Translations under genes and position numbers: made by a program
Notes under the pieces: model-generated
Databases searched by the model: none
The model's input: the letters and a program-made list of their open reading frames with translations, nothing else
What the model was told of the DNA's origin: nothing
Part shown: positions 1-9,871 of the stretch, piece after piece
How the letters are laid out: each line of letters begins with the position of its first letter
Position numbering within the stretch: the stretch's first letter is position 1
Source: a virus
Length of the DNA: 64,000 nucleotides
IMG/VR virus record: IMGVR_UViG_3300018080_000152
Location: 21,914-85,913 of that record
Reading direction: 5' to 3' (one strand)

Positions 1-774
1 TGATTCTCGTATTAGTCTTGGTATGTCCCATCCAATATCTGGATATGCTGTGTGTAGATAAAGAAATGTTTTCTTTCCAATGTCTGGATATTGTCTTAGA
101 AACAGCTTAAATGCTTGAATCAAATCTGGGTAGAGCTTGCGTTTTTGGTTACGCATAATTGTACCAACAATATTAACACCTTTCTCAAAACCCATGGCTT
201 CTCGGTGTGCATCTTTATCTGGAACTGGTTTTAATAATTCGCCGTTCGCTGCCGGTGGAGCTAGACCGCAATAATTGACAGCTTCATTGGTTTCTTCCAA
301 TAGTGTGTCTCTACCAAATTCAGAATATGCGCATACTGAATCAGCATTGATGTATGTAGCTAACCAATTTTCCATTTGAGGGGCGCTATCAACCGTTGGC
401 ATAATAGCCCAATGAAAGTTCTTGCGAAATGGCGAGCGTGCTGTGTATTCAAACATCCACCAGTCACGTATATCCAAAACAACATCAGGCTTGAAGTCCA
501 AGCAGATTTCTTCTAATCTCCACGCCCCCCATTGATTGGCAGCTTGTGAGTTGTAGTGCTCTGCTTGTTCATCGTTGTCTGGCATGCAACCATAATAGGT
601 CCATGGTATAGTACGACCACGAGGGTCATTATAGTGACCATACCCACCAAGCTCAGCTATTTCATATTTTCCAGTAGCATGTAATCGTGATAGCACTTCG
701 TGTCCATAAATACCATAGCCGGTATTCAGGAACGTTGCCTCACCCATCCACAAAATCCTGGGTTTTCTTGACAT
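1..774 (-). CDS. Glycosyltransferase family 4 (runs off window start)
   Basis: Manual translation from ATG at 774: MSRKPRILWMGEATFLNTGYG...FKPDVV...GTIMRNQKRKLYPDLI, GT-B/GT4 pattern; not in the ORF track because it is open-ended. Confidence 0.8.
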   Translation of the reverse strand, partial: MSRKPRILWMGEATFLNTGYGIYGHEVLSRLHATGKYEIAELGGYGHYNDPRGRTIPWTYYGCMPDNDEQAEHYNSQAANQWGAWRLEEICLDFKPDVVLDIRDWWMFEYTARSPFRKNFHWAIMPTVDSAPQMENWLATYINADSVCAYSEFGRDTLLEETNEAVNYCGLAPPAANGELLKPVPDKDAHREAMGFEKGVNIVGTIMRNQKRKLYPDLIQAFKLFLRQYPDIGKKTFLYLHTAYPDIGWDIPRLIRES

Positions 775-1123
775 TCTTTCGTCCTAATAATACGCTTTGA
801 AAATTAAACTTGTCTACTCTAAACACTACACGATTTATCTTAGTTCCATCATCTAGTGTGACTGCATAACTACAAGCCGAAGCTCTATCTATTACAAGTA
901 GCTCACCCTTTTTACAGAATTTTGCCACAGTTTCGGCAGCAGTATCCCATATTTCAAAATCTAAAAATTGTGTTTGCTCCACAGTAGTTTTGTCAGATTT
1001 TTTGAATTGTCTATTAACAGCTAGTGTAAAATTTGTCAGAGCGATGGGATTCTTTCCAGGTCGCTCGTGACTAGTAAGTACCGGGTCTGCCGCTAATCTC
1101 CCAACAAAATGACATTCATTCAT
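740..1123 (-). CDS. ssb: Single-stranded DNA-binding protein (divergent, no acidic tail)
   Basis: N-x-C-x-F-VGRLAADP...FTLAVNR...FLDFEIWDTAAE OB-fold SSB pattern. Confidence 0.85.
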   Translation of the reverse strand: MNECHFVGRLAADPVLTSHERPGKNPIALTNFTLAVNRQFKKSDKTTVEQTQFLDFEIWDTAAETVAKFCKKGELLVIDRASACSYAVTLDDGTKINRVVFRVDKFNFQSVLLGRKNVKKTQDFVDG

Positions 1124-1713
1124 TGATTCACTCCTTGTAATTCCTCGTCATCTGTTCCAAGCGTAAATAATTCACGAATTAACATAAAGCCTTCCAATAG
1201 TCCTTCGCTATCAGCTATTTCATCGTGTTTATCAGAAAAGCCATTTCTACAACCATCTGTGACAATTGCATCAAGTTTTTCTTCCTTCATTATATCGCTC
1301 ATATCCATGAATGGACTTAAATTTATGCTGTTGAAGTCTTCATATGATAACGTTTCCTTGCCAGACATAAACTTAATCATAGACGTATCATATTCCATTC
1401 TTATGCACTGAGATATAATAGTGTATATTATATATGCTCTTTGTACATACATTGGACATGATATAGTCCATTCACACAATTCTTGTCCATCTTCGTCATA
1501 CGCACATACAAAGACTCCTTCTGGTTTATACTCGTGGTATAACCTTGAGAAGGCAACCACTGGATATTCGACGCGCCCTGGAAAGTGTGTAACACAACCA
1601 GTATCGGTCTTCTTTACGACGACCCGATATTCATTACGGTCGAGAATTTCTTCGACTGTATTCGGGGATTTTTCTTCGGTGTTGTTGTTTATCATATCTA
1701 TTGTACCAGCCAA
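1120..1713 (-). CDS. Hypothetical protein
   Basis: 197-aa ORF in operon packing. Confidence 0.6.
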   Translation of the reverse strand: MAGTIDMINNNTEEKSPNTVEEILDRNEYRVVVKKTDTGCVTHFPGRVEYPVVAFSRLYHEYKPEGVFVCAYDEDGQELCEWTISCPMYVQRAYIIYTIISQCIRMEYDTSMIKFMSGKETLSYEDFNSINLSPFMDMSDIMKEEKLDAIVTDGCRNGFSDKHDEIADSEGLLEGFMLIRELFTLGTDDEELQGVNQ

Positions 1714-1729
1714 ACCTCGTTGCTGTCAA

Positions 1730-3616
1730 CTATATCTGCCAAACTTTTTGAATAACAAACGAACTATTACCTTTGCGCGTGTTTTTTTCTCCCTGCACTA
1801 AGACGGTATTGCCCTCATACAAAATATGATTGTTCTCTCTCCACACATCTGAAAATACCACAGCGTCGTCTATTGCACAGGAACTATCAGACATACCAAT
1901 AAAGGCCATCTTCTGACCAGGATTCTTTCCTCGCTTAGTTTTCACTTCTTTTGTTCTTGTGATTTCTACGGCCAATACAGTATATCCGCTATGTCCCATC
2001 AACACTTCTTTGCATGTACAATTAGCCTCAACTGCTTTTTCACAACCGTCAACCTTACTACAGGTTATGGACGCCCCCAAGTATTTATCTTCACACCAAG
2101 CAATATAGTCAGCAGTATCATGTAATTTGTATGGAGGCTTCGCTAGTAGCTCTGCGAGGTCAGACACTATCTTTACGCGCTTGGCGTTGTGGCATCCACC
2201 ACCTTCTTTTTTGGTGCTGCCACATTCACGCAAGGCACTCAATAGATTTCCATAGCGCTTATCGGTGTTCTGTGTCAGAATCCACTCTTGTTCTTTCTTG
2301 GTTAGCTTATTCCACACACCAATCTCGTATAACATAGACGTGCGTGATTTCTTTAAGTAATCTAAACCACCAGAGGAAATTATGGCTTCATTAACTGTAA
2401 CCGGAACGTTATTTGCAAACAACAACAGATAATCCATCCAAGACCAATCATAAACATCTTTACCAGATGACTCGCGTGCTTCCTTTGCTTTGTCAAACAC
2501 TTTAAGCAAGGCAGCATTCCCTATTTGTTTGATGTCTCCAATCCCAAAGTAAATCTTATTGTCTTTCACGTATGGGATATCTTCTTGGTCTCTAAAATCT
2601 GGGACGCAAACCTCTACGTCTGCGAGCTTGGCATCGTTGACCAACTCATACACTTCCTCCCCGGTGTCTTGTTTCCACTGAGCACCATCTAAATAAGAGC
2701 AGTAAAACTGGACGGGGAAGTGAGCTTTAACATAGGCGGTCCAGTAGCCACCCTCCCCATAACACACGGCGTGGGATTTGTTGAAGGAGTACCGCTGAGA
2801 TTCACGAATCCAGCCGAAGATTTCCTGGGCCTGTTCCTTGCTCACAATCCCCTGCGAAGAACAACCGGATTCAAAGTCGCCCCACACCTTAGCCATAATA
2901 TCGGCTTTCTTCTTACCAATAGCTTTGCGCAATATGTCAGCTTGTTGCAAGTCAAATCCGGCCAGTGTTACGGCAATATTCATGCTCTGTTCTTGGTATG
3001 TGAGAACACCATACGTGGTGTTTAGTATGGGCTCCAACGCAGGATGTAGATACTCAACTGCTTCCACAAGGTGTTTTCTATCCTTGTAGTGTTCGGTCAT
3101 AGACTTGGCTGGAAAGATTTCCATGTCTTCATCTTCAACTAAAGCCGTGCCGTCATAGCCAGGAAACCAGAGTTGGGTTTGCCCCTTGCGATTGCTTTTA
3201 TGTCTTACTAGCTCATGTTTGTTGTGGTCTAATATGACACGCGACTGACCATTTAACTCGCCAGTCTCTTCGTCAGCAAATTCCAACGTGATACCCCTAT
3301 GGAATCTTACGTAGGGTTTGGACATAGCACGAAGACATCCGGGACGAATCAAACTTACTAAAGCTCCTAGTTCTTCCAAGCTTTCTGGTTTAATATGCAT
3401 AGCCCAGGTTTTTCCAAGATGGCCTTCAAGCTGAAACACACCCTTAGTGCTACCGTCCGCCAGCAAGTTCCATGTGCGTGCGCATGTATGTGGAATGTTG
3501 TAGATATCCACATCGATACCCAGCGGTAGTTGCCCTTGATGGGCGTCACCATCTATAATATCGTCAGTTCCAATAATTGGGAACTGGCAGCCGCAGTTGT
3601 ATATTAGTTTACCCAT
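1730..3616 (-). CDS. dnaE: DNA polymerase III alpha subunit, C-terminal half (fingers, HhH, OB)
   Basis: GVFQLE, RPG, TYGVLTYQEQ, ADILRKAIGKK, RYSFNKSHAVCY, OB-fold KTKRG..MAF motifs. Confidence 0.95.
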   Translation of the reverse strand: MGKLIYNCGCQFPIIGTDDIIDGDAHQGQLPLGIDVDIYNIPHTCARTWNLLADGSTKGVFQLEGHLGKTWAMHIKPESLEELGALVSLIRPGCLRAMSKPYVRFHRGITLEFADEETGELNGQSRVILDHNKHELVRHKSNRKGQTQLWFPGYDGTALVEDEDMEIFPAKSMTEHYKDRKHLVEAVEYLHPALEPILNTTYGVLTYQEQSMNIAVTLAGFDLQQADILRKAIGKKKADIMAKVWGDFESGCSSQGIVSKEQAQEIFGWIRESQRYSFNKSHAVCYGEGGYWTAYVKAHFPVQFYCSYLDGAQWKQDTGEEVYELVNDAKLADVEVCVPDFRDQEDIPYVKDNKIYFGIGDIKQIGNAALLKVFDKAKEARESSGKDVYDWSWMDYLLLFANNVPVTVNEAIISSGGLDYLKKSRTSMLYEIGVWNKLTKKEQEWILTQNTDKRYGNLLSALRECGSTKKEGGGCHNAKRVKIVSDLAELLAKPPYKLHDTADYIAWCEDKYLGASITCSKVDGCEKAVEANCTCKEVLMGHSGYTVLAVEITRTKEVKTKRGKNPGQKMAFIGMSDSSCAIDDAVVFSDVWRENNHILYEGNTVLVQGEKNTRKGNSSFVIQKVWQI

Positions 3617-3880
3617 TTATTTTACCCAACTTAGAGACCAACTATCGCCTGGGGCGCTTTCAATGCCTCCCCACACACCATGGAAGTATAATGGATAATC
3701 CTTACCAAAACACTGTTTAGTAGGACACCACAATTCTTCTCTTTTGCAACTTTCGTATGCCTTCCGCATTGCCTCTTTTCTTTTGATGGTTTCTGTGTCA
3801 TCCTCGTACCAATCAATTTCCGGCGGCTGGGTGCGGTCCTCAACATACTCCATTTTATTACCGCATAATGGACAATACAC
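3617..3880 (-). CDS. Small Cys-rich hypothetical protein
   Basis: MYCPLCG..., CPTKQC; abuts dnaE-C. Confidence 0.55.
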   Translation of the reverse strand: MYCPLCGNKMEYVEDRTQPPEIDWYEDDTETIKRKEAMRKAYESCKREELWCPTKQCFGKDYPLYFHGVWGGIESAPGDSWSLSWVK

Positions 3881-4141
3881 TATACTGTTCTCCTTACGTC
3901 TTTCACACGTCTTTCAAATTCTTTCCAATCTCTTGTCCACAAATAAGCAAATTGGTTGTCTAAACTACTGCCAGCATTTTTACACACACACTTATCTAGT
4001 ACGAAATCTATGATGTCATTTAGGTGCTTGATTTTAGATTCCAACGCCACTATTTCTGTTGGACAAATGGTCGTGTAAATACTACGGCCAATGTCAGCAG
4101 AGTGACCAATGCGCGGTCCTGGGTGTCCCATAACTATGCTC

Positions 4142-4516
4142 CTAACAACAACGTGTTCCAAGTAGCAACTGAATGTTTTCAGTTCCAACACCGTGTTCGG
4201 ATGCTATGCTACTAGCCATAACAGCCAAGTCTTCCAGCGTATACTGTTTGTTGTCTATTTGACCACAGTCTATATCTGCCAAGACCTGCCCCATGATAAA
4301 GCTATTGTCATCACTAAAGATGTCCTTCTCGTAACAAACTTCATGTAGGGCTTCTGAAAAATCATCTGGGTCATTCACATCTAAGTTATGTTTTTTAATG
4401 TAAGCTGCTATTTCAGTTTTGAATATAACAGCTATATCATCATTACTTAGTCTATAACCAAGCATTATGAATGACGACGTACTACTATTACTTACGAATC
4501 CACTTCTAACTTTCAT
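4142..4516 (-). CDS. Hypothetical protein, MKxRxGFVSNSS family
   Basis: N-terminus MKVRSGFVSNSSTSSF; two paralogues in window. Confidence 0.75.
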   Translation of the reverse strand: MKVRSGFVSNSSTSSFIMLGYRLSNDDIAVIFKTEIAAYIKKHNLDVNDPDDFSEALHEVCYEKDIFSDDNSFIMGQVLADIDCGQIDNKQYTLEDLAVMASSIASEHGVGTENIQLLLGTRCC

Positions 4517-4932
4517 ATTGGTTTCTCCATTACATAAACAATAATTTTTTCAATCCTGTTTTCAATTGGCAGCCACTTAACCTCCACAACTTCCAGCGCT
4601 TCATGTTCAACATACATGAAATCTCCAACACGAGGTACTGCTAAACACAATATCGGGTCATGCAGCTTTTGTTTTAATGTGCCGTCTTCATGCATGAGAT
4701 ACACTGCTATTTTAGGTATTATATCTACTAGGTCAACATTCATATTAGTACACCTTATATAATTTAGGACGTGGGTCTGGGTCATGTTCGTTGTTTATTC
4801 GTTGTCCCCAGATTTCAAATCGAGACTGGCCTGCTTGCCAATGTAACTTCCAACCCAATAACCACGCTATGGGATTCATACAGTGACATGCTGTGCGCAC
4901 AGGCCAATACCACGGATAGTCTTTGGCTAACG

Positions 4933-5604
4933 TCATGCGAAACATCCCTTCATTTCCAAGCGACGGCGACCATCCTCATTGGGGCTGGTCATATATTGGC
5001 CGAGCTTTATTAAGCGCTGGGCTATTTTCGCCGTCCATTCCACATCCCACATAGCATCATGTGCTCCTTGCTCAATCTCTTCCTTGGGAACTCCCATCCA
5101 CTCAAGTACGGTTGTCAGCTTCAAGTTCTTTAGCTCTGGATTATTCCTGTGCCAAAACCACATATGTTCCATGACATCAAAGTGAAACACTGGATTCAAC
5201 AACGTTTGATTACCCCATTTGTTGTCCCAGTATCCGTACTTCTGACAATACCTATTCATAATTGGCATGTCAAAGTTGTCGCCGCCATAGTAAACTGGCG
5301 TGGGCGCACCAAACGTATTCTTTTGTTTGTTGATGTTGTGCTTCTGTATCCAAGCTGCCCATGTGGGAAACATCACAGATGCTTCTGGGGCATCCATCAA
5401 CTGCTCTTTGGTTAGCCCATTAACACGCAGCGCTTCATCCTCTAGACTTTCAAAGTCCTCTGGTTTCATCAGTGTCTTAAATGTGTCTTTGACCGCTAAT
5501 GAATTTCTATCCAGAATGAGAGCCCCAATCTGAATCACTTCGCAAGTTTTAGAGTCTTTTCCGCCTGTCTCAAAATCGAACACACATAGATGTCTGTTAT
5601 CCAT
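4933..5604 (-). CDS. DEDDh 3'-5' exonuclease (DnaQ/epsilon-like)
   Basis: VFDFETGG (ExoI), NFDMP (ExoII), AHDAMWDV (ExoIII). Confidence 0.9.
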   Translation of the reverse strand: MDNRHLCVFDFETGGKDSKTCEVIQIGALILDRNSLAVKDTFKTLMKPEDFESLEDEALRVNGLTKEQLMDAPEASVMFPTWAAWIQKHNINKQKNTFGAPTPVYYGGDNFDMPIMNRYCQKYGYWDNKWGNQTLLNPVFHFDVMEHMWFWHRNNPELKNLKLTTVLEWMGVPKEEIEQGAHDAMWDVEWTAKIAQRLIKLGQYMTSPNEDGRRRLEMKGCFA

Positions 5605-5616
5605 TGGCCTTATCCA

Positions 5617-6264
5617 TTAATTAGTTAATTGTTGAGTAGATATTTTCATACATAAATCCAAAAATCGTTCCATTGTCAAATCCCATTTCATAGTATTGAC
5701 ATTCTTGTGCAACCATTGCACATTTCCTTCTTCGTATGGTTTTGCGCTATCAATCCTGTCTAACGATGCGTCAACATTCATGGTAAGCGATTCACCAGAT
5801 AGAGCACATTTGCGACCTTGTTGTTCAAACAGTTGCCATATATAGTCGATTGTGATATTGAGTTCAATATGACGACTTTTTGCATTTGTGCGTAATGCTT
5901 TCCAAAGTCTCTTACCTATGTGGTCGTGGTCTGGGGATTGATTTGGTCTCAAACACCCACACGAATTGGTGTTGCCGCTGGTTAAAGCGTATCTTTTAAC
6001 CTTAAATTCATTTCCACAATCACACTTACATAAACACACCGGATGGCCACTGTCGCTCTTGGTAAAATACGGGTCTATAACCACAAGCTTACCTATGCGA
6101 GCGCCACTTTCTATTCTGCGTCTTTTGCGAAATCCATATTTAGTATTTGCCAAGTAAGAAATATTAGATTTGTGACATCCCAGTTCGCTTGCTATGTCTT
6201 CCGCTCGTCTGTTTTTTGTGACATATTCTTCATACAGCCACTCTTTTGTAACTTCAATTGCCAT
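5617..6264 (-). CDS. HNH-type homing endonuclease
   Basis: CKCDCG, SCGC, CALSG...SLDRIDSAKPYEEGNVQWLHKNVNTMK. Confidence 0.85.
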   Translation of the reverse strand: MAIEVTKEWLYEEYVTKNRRAEDIASELGCHKSNISYLANTKYGFRKRRRIESGARIGKLVVIDPYFTKSDSGHPVCLCKCDCGNEFKVKRYALTSGNTNSCGCLRPNQSPDHDHIGKRLWKALRTNAKSRHIELNITIDYIWQLFEQQGRKCALSGESLTMNVDASLDRIDSAKPYEEGNVQWLHKNVNTMKWDLTMERFLDLCMKISTQQLTN

Positions 6265-6330
6265 ATAACTGCTCCCATGAAATAAAGTAAACCTTGATTT
6301 ACTTTATTATACACCACAACTAGATAAATC

Positions 6331-8286
6331 TTATCTCAATTTACCATATTTGAGTAAATTTAGTGCTCCGTGAACCTTGTCGAGAAAGGCCACCCCTAGA
6401 AAGTCAAACTTAACATGTCCCATTGCCTCTAAATCTCCCATTTCCATACCAGCTATCATCTGACCGGTGCTTTTGTCATATATCATAGGACAAATTTCAC
6501 ACAAAGGCTTTTGTGAGATAATCACACCAGCAGCGTGTTTACTCTGTGACTTCTTCGTTCCTTCAATCCGAATGGCCTGTTCAAATATACGAGCCATTGG
6601 TCCTTGAATACGACCTTCGTCATCCAAGTAGGCCCATTGTTTAAGTTCCTCCGAATTGTGTTCCAGCGCCCACTGAATAATAGAGGCTTCGCCGTCACCA
6701 CCAGCCTTCTTATCCAGTTCTCGCATGGCCTGCAACTGGTCGCTAATTTCAGCCTCGTCTGGGATGAACTTGGTGAGCATATTAACTTCTTCGTGGCTCA
6801 TAGCAGCGTGAGCGCGCACCACGTCTTTAATTGCTCCGCGCCCTTGCAAGCGCGTGAACGTAAGCATCTGGGCCACTCGGTCGTGACCATACTTATCTTT
6901 CACATAATCGATGATACGACCACGATTGCGAATCTCAAAGTCCATATCCACATCCGGCAAACTGACACGCTCGGCTGTATTACGACCCGCATTATAAAAT
7001 CGCTCAAACAACAGGTCATACTCGATGGGGTCAATGTGAGTTGTGTTTAATAGATATAGCGTGAGAGAGCCAGCGGCAGAACCACGCCCAGCACCAGTTA
7101 ATTGTCCATCTTTACGTGCCCAGTCGATAATGTCCCACACGATAAGGAAGTAGTCGGCTAGACCAACTTCGGTCAGCGTCTTATATTCCATGTTGAGTCT
7201 ATCCCTATACTCTTGTTCGGTGTGGTCACTAGACTCAATCACTTGTTGAATCTTTGGTAGGCGCATATCCCAGCCCTCATACATGAGTTGTTTCATGTAT
7301 TCCTTAGATGGCATGTTGTTAGGACATGGGAATTGAGGAAGCATAGGCGGGTGTGTCAAGTCGTACTCTTCACACATGTCTGCTATTTTAAGAGTGTTAG
7401 CCAATTCTTCTTCTGTGTTACCGCCTTCTATCATTTCATCATACGACGGTATATGATAGTTGTTAGAGCGGAAGAATGTACCCAGACCAATTTCTTCACC
7501 CCTAACCATCTTCTCGTCAATCTCTTTGAAGTTGGTATTGAGCGCATTACACAACAGAACACGTTGGTCATACGCATCTTCCTTTTCAGCGTAATGTGCA
7601 TCTGGCGTTGCGATACATGGAATACCGGTCTTCTTAGAGATATATCGCAGACCTTGAGCAAGAAGGGTCATGGCTGGGTAGTTTTTAGAATCCATGAGTT
7701 GGATTTCAATAAAGAAGTTGCCCTTACCGAAAATCTCTTGAAGCCTCAGCGCTTCTTTTGTGGCTCGTTCAACCCAGTCGCTACGTGTGTATTGTTTTGC
7801 ATCTTCTGGCGTGCGACATTGGTCTAAGTCATGCGTATCGGTAAATATACACGAGGCTAAGTGTGAGCCAAGGTGGCCACTAAAGGCTATCAGGTTTCCA
7901 TCGGCGTATTCAGCTAACCTATCCAGGTCAAGTCGTGGCTTGTAGTAATAATGTTCTGGCGCGTTAGAAGCACTACTAGCTTGAATTAGTTGACCCCAAC
8001 CTTTGGGGTTTTTAGCTAGAACCACAAGGTGGTGGAGTTTGCGGTCGCCGTCTTTAATGGTAGCGTCCTTTGGACATACGTACATTTCACAACCAATAAT
8101 TGGCTTCAAGTCTCTGTTGCTCATAGCTTCCATAAAGGATACTGCACCAGCCACAGTTCCGTGGTCGGTAATTGCAGACCCAGGCAGTCCAAGCTTTATA
8201 CAGCGCTTAGCAATTTGATTAGGCTTAGAAAGTCCGTCCAATAGACTATAATGGCTATGAACATGTAGTGGGAAATACGTTTTCAT
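6331..8286 (-). CDS. dnaE: DNA polymerase III alpha subunit, N-terminal half (PHP plus palm)
   Basis: HVHSHYSLLDG, TDHG, GRGSAAGS, LPDVDMDF, HAAGV, ends after KFDFLG. Confidence 0.95.
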   Translation of the reverse strand: MKTYFPLHVHSHYSLLDGLSKPNQIAKRCIKLGLPGSAITDHGTVAGAVSFMEAMSNRDLKPIIGCEMYVCPKDATIKDGDRKLHHLVVLAKNPKGWGQLIQASSASNAPEHYYYKPRLDLDRLAEYADGNLIAFSGHLGSHLASCIFTDTHDLDQCRTPEDAKQYTRSDWVERATKEALRLQEIFGKGNFFIEIQLMDSKNYPAMTLLAQGLRYISKKTGIPCIATPDAHYAEKEDAYDQRVLLCNALNTNFKEIDEKMVRGEEIGLGTFFRSNNYHIPSYDEMIEGGNTEEELANTLKIADMCEEYDLTHPPMLPQFPCPNNMPSKEYMKQLMYEGWDMRLPKIQQVIESSDHTEQEYRDRLNMEYKTLTEVGLADYFLIVWDIIDWARKDGQLTGAGRGSAAGSLTLYLLNTTHIDPIEYDLLFERFYNAGRNTAERVSLPDVDMDFEIRNRGRIIDYVKDKYGHDRVAQMLTFTRLQGRGAIKDVVRAHAAMSHEEVNMLTKFIPDEAEISDQLQAMRELDKKAGGDGEASIIQWALEHNSEELKQWAYLDDEGRIQGPMARIFEQAIRIEGTKKSQSKHAAGVIISQKPLCEICPMIYDKSTGQMIAGMEMGDLEAMGHVKFDFLGVAFLDKVHGALNLLKYGKLR

Positions 8287-8289
8287 TAT

Positions 8290-8721
8290 TCAAAAATTCT
8301 CCAAGTTTTGCTTTAGGGTATCTAGAAAACTTTCGTCGAATTCATAAGCAAAACGATTACTACCAAGCTGGTGAGCACGAGCGGGTTGTTTGTGTGCGTC
8401 CATACTGTTAATAATAACCCTTAACAATGTTTTGAGGTCTTCAACTTTTTTCTCTGCGTCTTTATAGCGGTCGTCTATGTCCGTCTGCTCTGGAACCAGG
8501 GCCAGATTTTCGGCTGCAAGCTGTGTGCAAACAGCCAGATTCACAAACGCAGGCAGCAGCACTTGGTGGTCATCTTCTGGTCCAAGAGACCTCATTTGGT
8601 CCCAGAGAGAATCCACCCCGTGTAGTATTATACCATAGGCGTGATGATTGTCAACCACAATCGAATTTATTCTGGCTTGGCTGACCAACTCCCAGACCAG
8701 TTCGTTAAATGTTTTGTTCAT
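8290..8721 (-). CDS. Hypothetical protein
   Basis: ORF in tight operon. Confidence 0.6.
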   Translation of the reverse strand: MNKTFNELVWELVSQARINSIVVDNHHAYGIILHGVDSLWDQMRSLGPEDDHQVLLPAFVNLAVCTQLAAENLALVPEQTDIDDRYKDAEKKVEDLKTLLRVIINSMDAHKQPARAHQLGSNRFAYEFDESFLDTLKQNLENF

Positions 8722-9044
8722 AGTAACATCCTAAAAATTCCAATTACCTTTTCCACATCATCCTTTTTACCTCTTTCGTGTGCGGTGACCAAAGCTTCCG
8801 CCAAATAGCGAATTCTATCATACTCCTCTACGAGTTCTGTCACAGCACTACCAGCAAGCATTTCCTTTGCCTTAGCTGTATCACGTAGTTGTGCAACAAT
8901 GGCGTGTGTCATCAACTTTCTGTTAATGTCAATATTGACACGCGGTTGCTGTATTGGTTCAACCTGTGGTTTTTGCTGCATGCTTTCCACTAGGTTATTC
9001 GGGATTTTTCCGCCTAGTGGTACTTTTTGTCTGTGCCGGTTCAT
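8718..9044 (-). CDS. Hypothetical protein
   Basis: ORF in tight operon. Confidence 0.55.
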   Translation of the reverse strand: MNRHRQKVPLGGKIPNNLVESMQQKPQVEPIQQPRVNIDINRKLMTHAIVAQLRDTAKAKEMLAGSAVTELVEEYDRIRYLAEALVTAHERGKKDDVEKVIGIFRMLL

Positions 9045-9453
9045 CTGTTAAATGCTCCCAAACTGCTAACATGGCTTCGCGAGCCTTCTTCCATTTTTTC
9101 CTCAATTCTGGGTCTGCTATTTTTCTTGGAGCTATATACTCAAAGATACAGTCGCCCAGACCATTATATGAAACATAATCATGAATAGCTTCGTTGTCCG
9201 CTGGCCCAGAAGGTAAGTCTTCCGGTATTGGAATCTTTGGCATGCCCTTTGGTATGTCATAGACCCATAAGCCAGGAGATGCCTCATGGTGCCCTAAAGG
9301 ATGTTCTTTTTTTTTACTACGTTTTTTCTTATTGGGCCTTACGGGAGAGGGCTCCCTCTCTTGCTCAATGAACATGTATCCACAATCACATTTGATTTTT
9401 CTACAACCGTGCGATGCGCTACACTCGGGACACTCTTTTTTGCCTTTGGCCAT
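8995..9453 (-). CDS. Zn-ribbon hypothetical protein
   Basis: KECPEC...CDCGY motif. Confidence 0.65.
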   Translation of the reverse strand: MAKGKKECPECSASHGCRKIKCDCGYMFIEQEREPSPVRPNKKKRSKKKEHPLGHHEASPGLWVYDIPKGMPKIPIPEDLPSGPADNEAIHDYVSYNGLGDCIFEYIAPRKIADPELRKKWKKAREAMLAVWEHLTDEPAQTKSTTRRKNPE

Positions 9454-9454
9454 A

Positions 9455-9868
9455 TTATCGCTCCTGCGGTTGTGGTTTAATATTTTGTAGTTCTACTGTT
9501 CCATAGAAACCCATGCGTCTTTGTCTATGCATATTTCTATCAGCATAAATACCAATGTGAGAGATGTATGTTTCTGGCGTACTTAGCTCAATAATTTTAT
9601 CCACTAAGCCATCTACTAGGAGTTGCATACATTCATATAAAACTTCTACATTACCCATCCTTGCATGTTTGATGAAAAAATCAGCAGATATACCAATTTC
9701 TTCTTCGTTTTGTGGTTCGGTTGGTGCTTCACCAATGTCTGTATTAGTTTTATATTGCACTGCTTCTGTAATGTTCTTAGCAACATATGCTTCAATTTCT
9801 CTCAGTGCTTCTTCTGAATTAAAGCTAGCATGTTCTTTTAATAGTTCAATTAGCTTATCTTTATTCAT
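9455..9868 (-). CDS. Hypothetical protein
   Basis: ORF in tight operon. Confidence 0.6.
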   Translation of the reverse strand: MNKDKLIELLKEHASFNSEEALREIEAYVAKNITEAVQYKTNTDIGEAPTEPQNEEEIGISADFFIKHARMGNVEVLYECMQLLVDGLVDKIIELSTPETYISHIGIYADRNMHRQRRMGFYGTVELQNIKPQPQER

Positions 9869-9871
9869 TGT

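Noticed and set aside
3590-3616. MGKLIYN-C as a split-intein C fragment
   Set aside because: The N-half has no intein N fragment and the breakpoint is not the known dnaE intein site.
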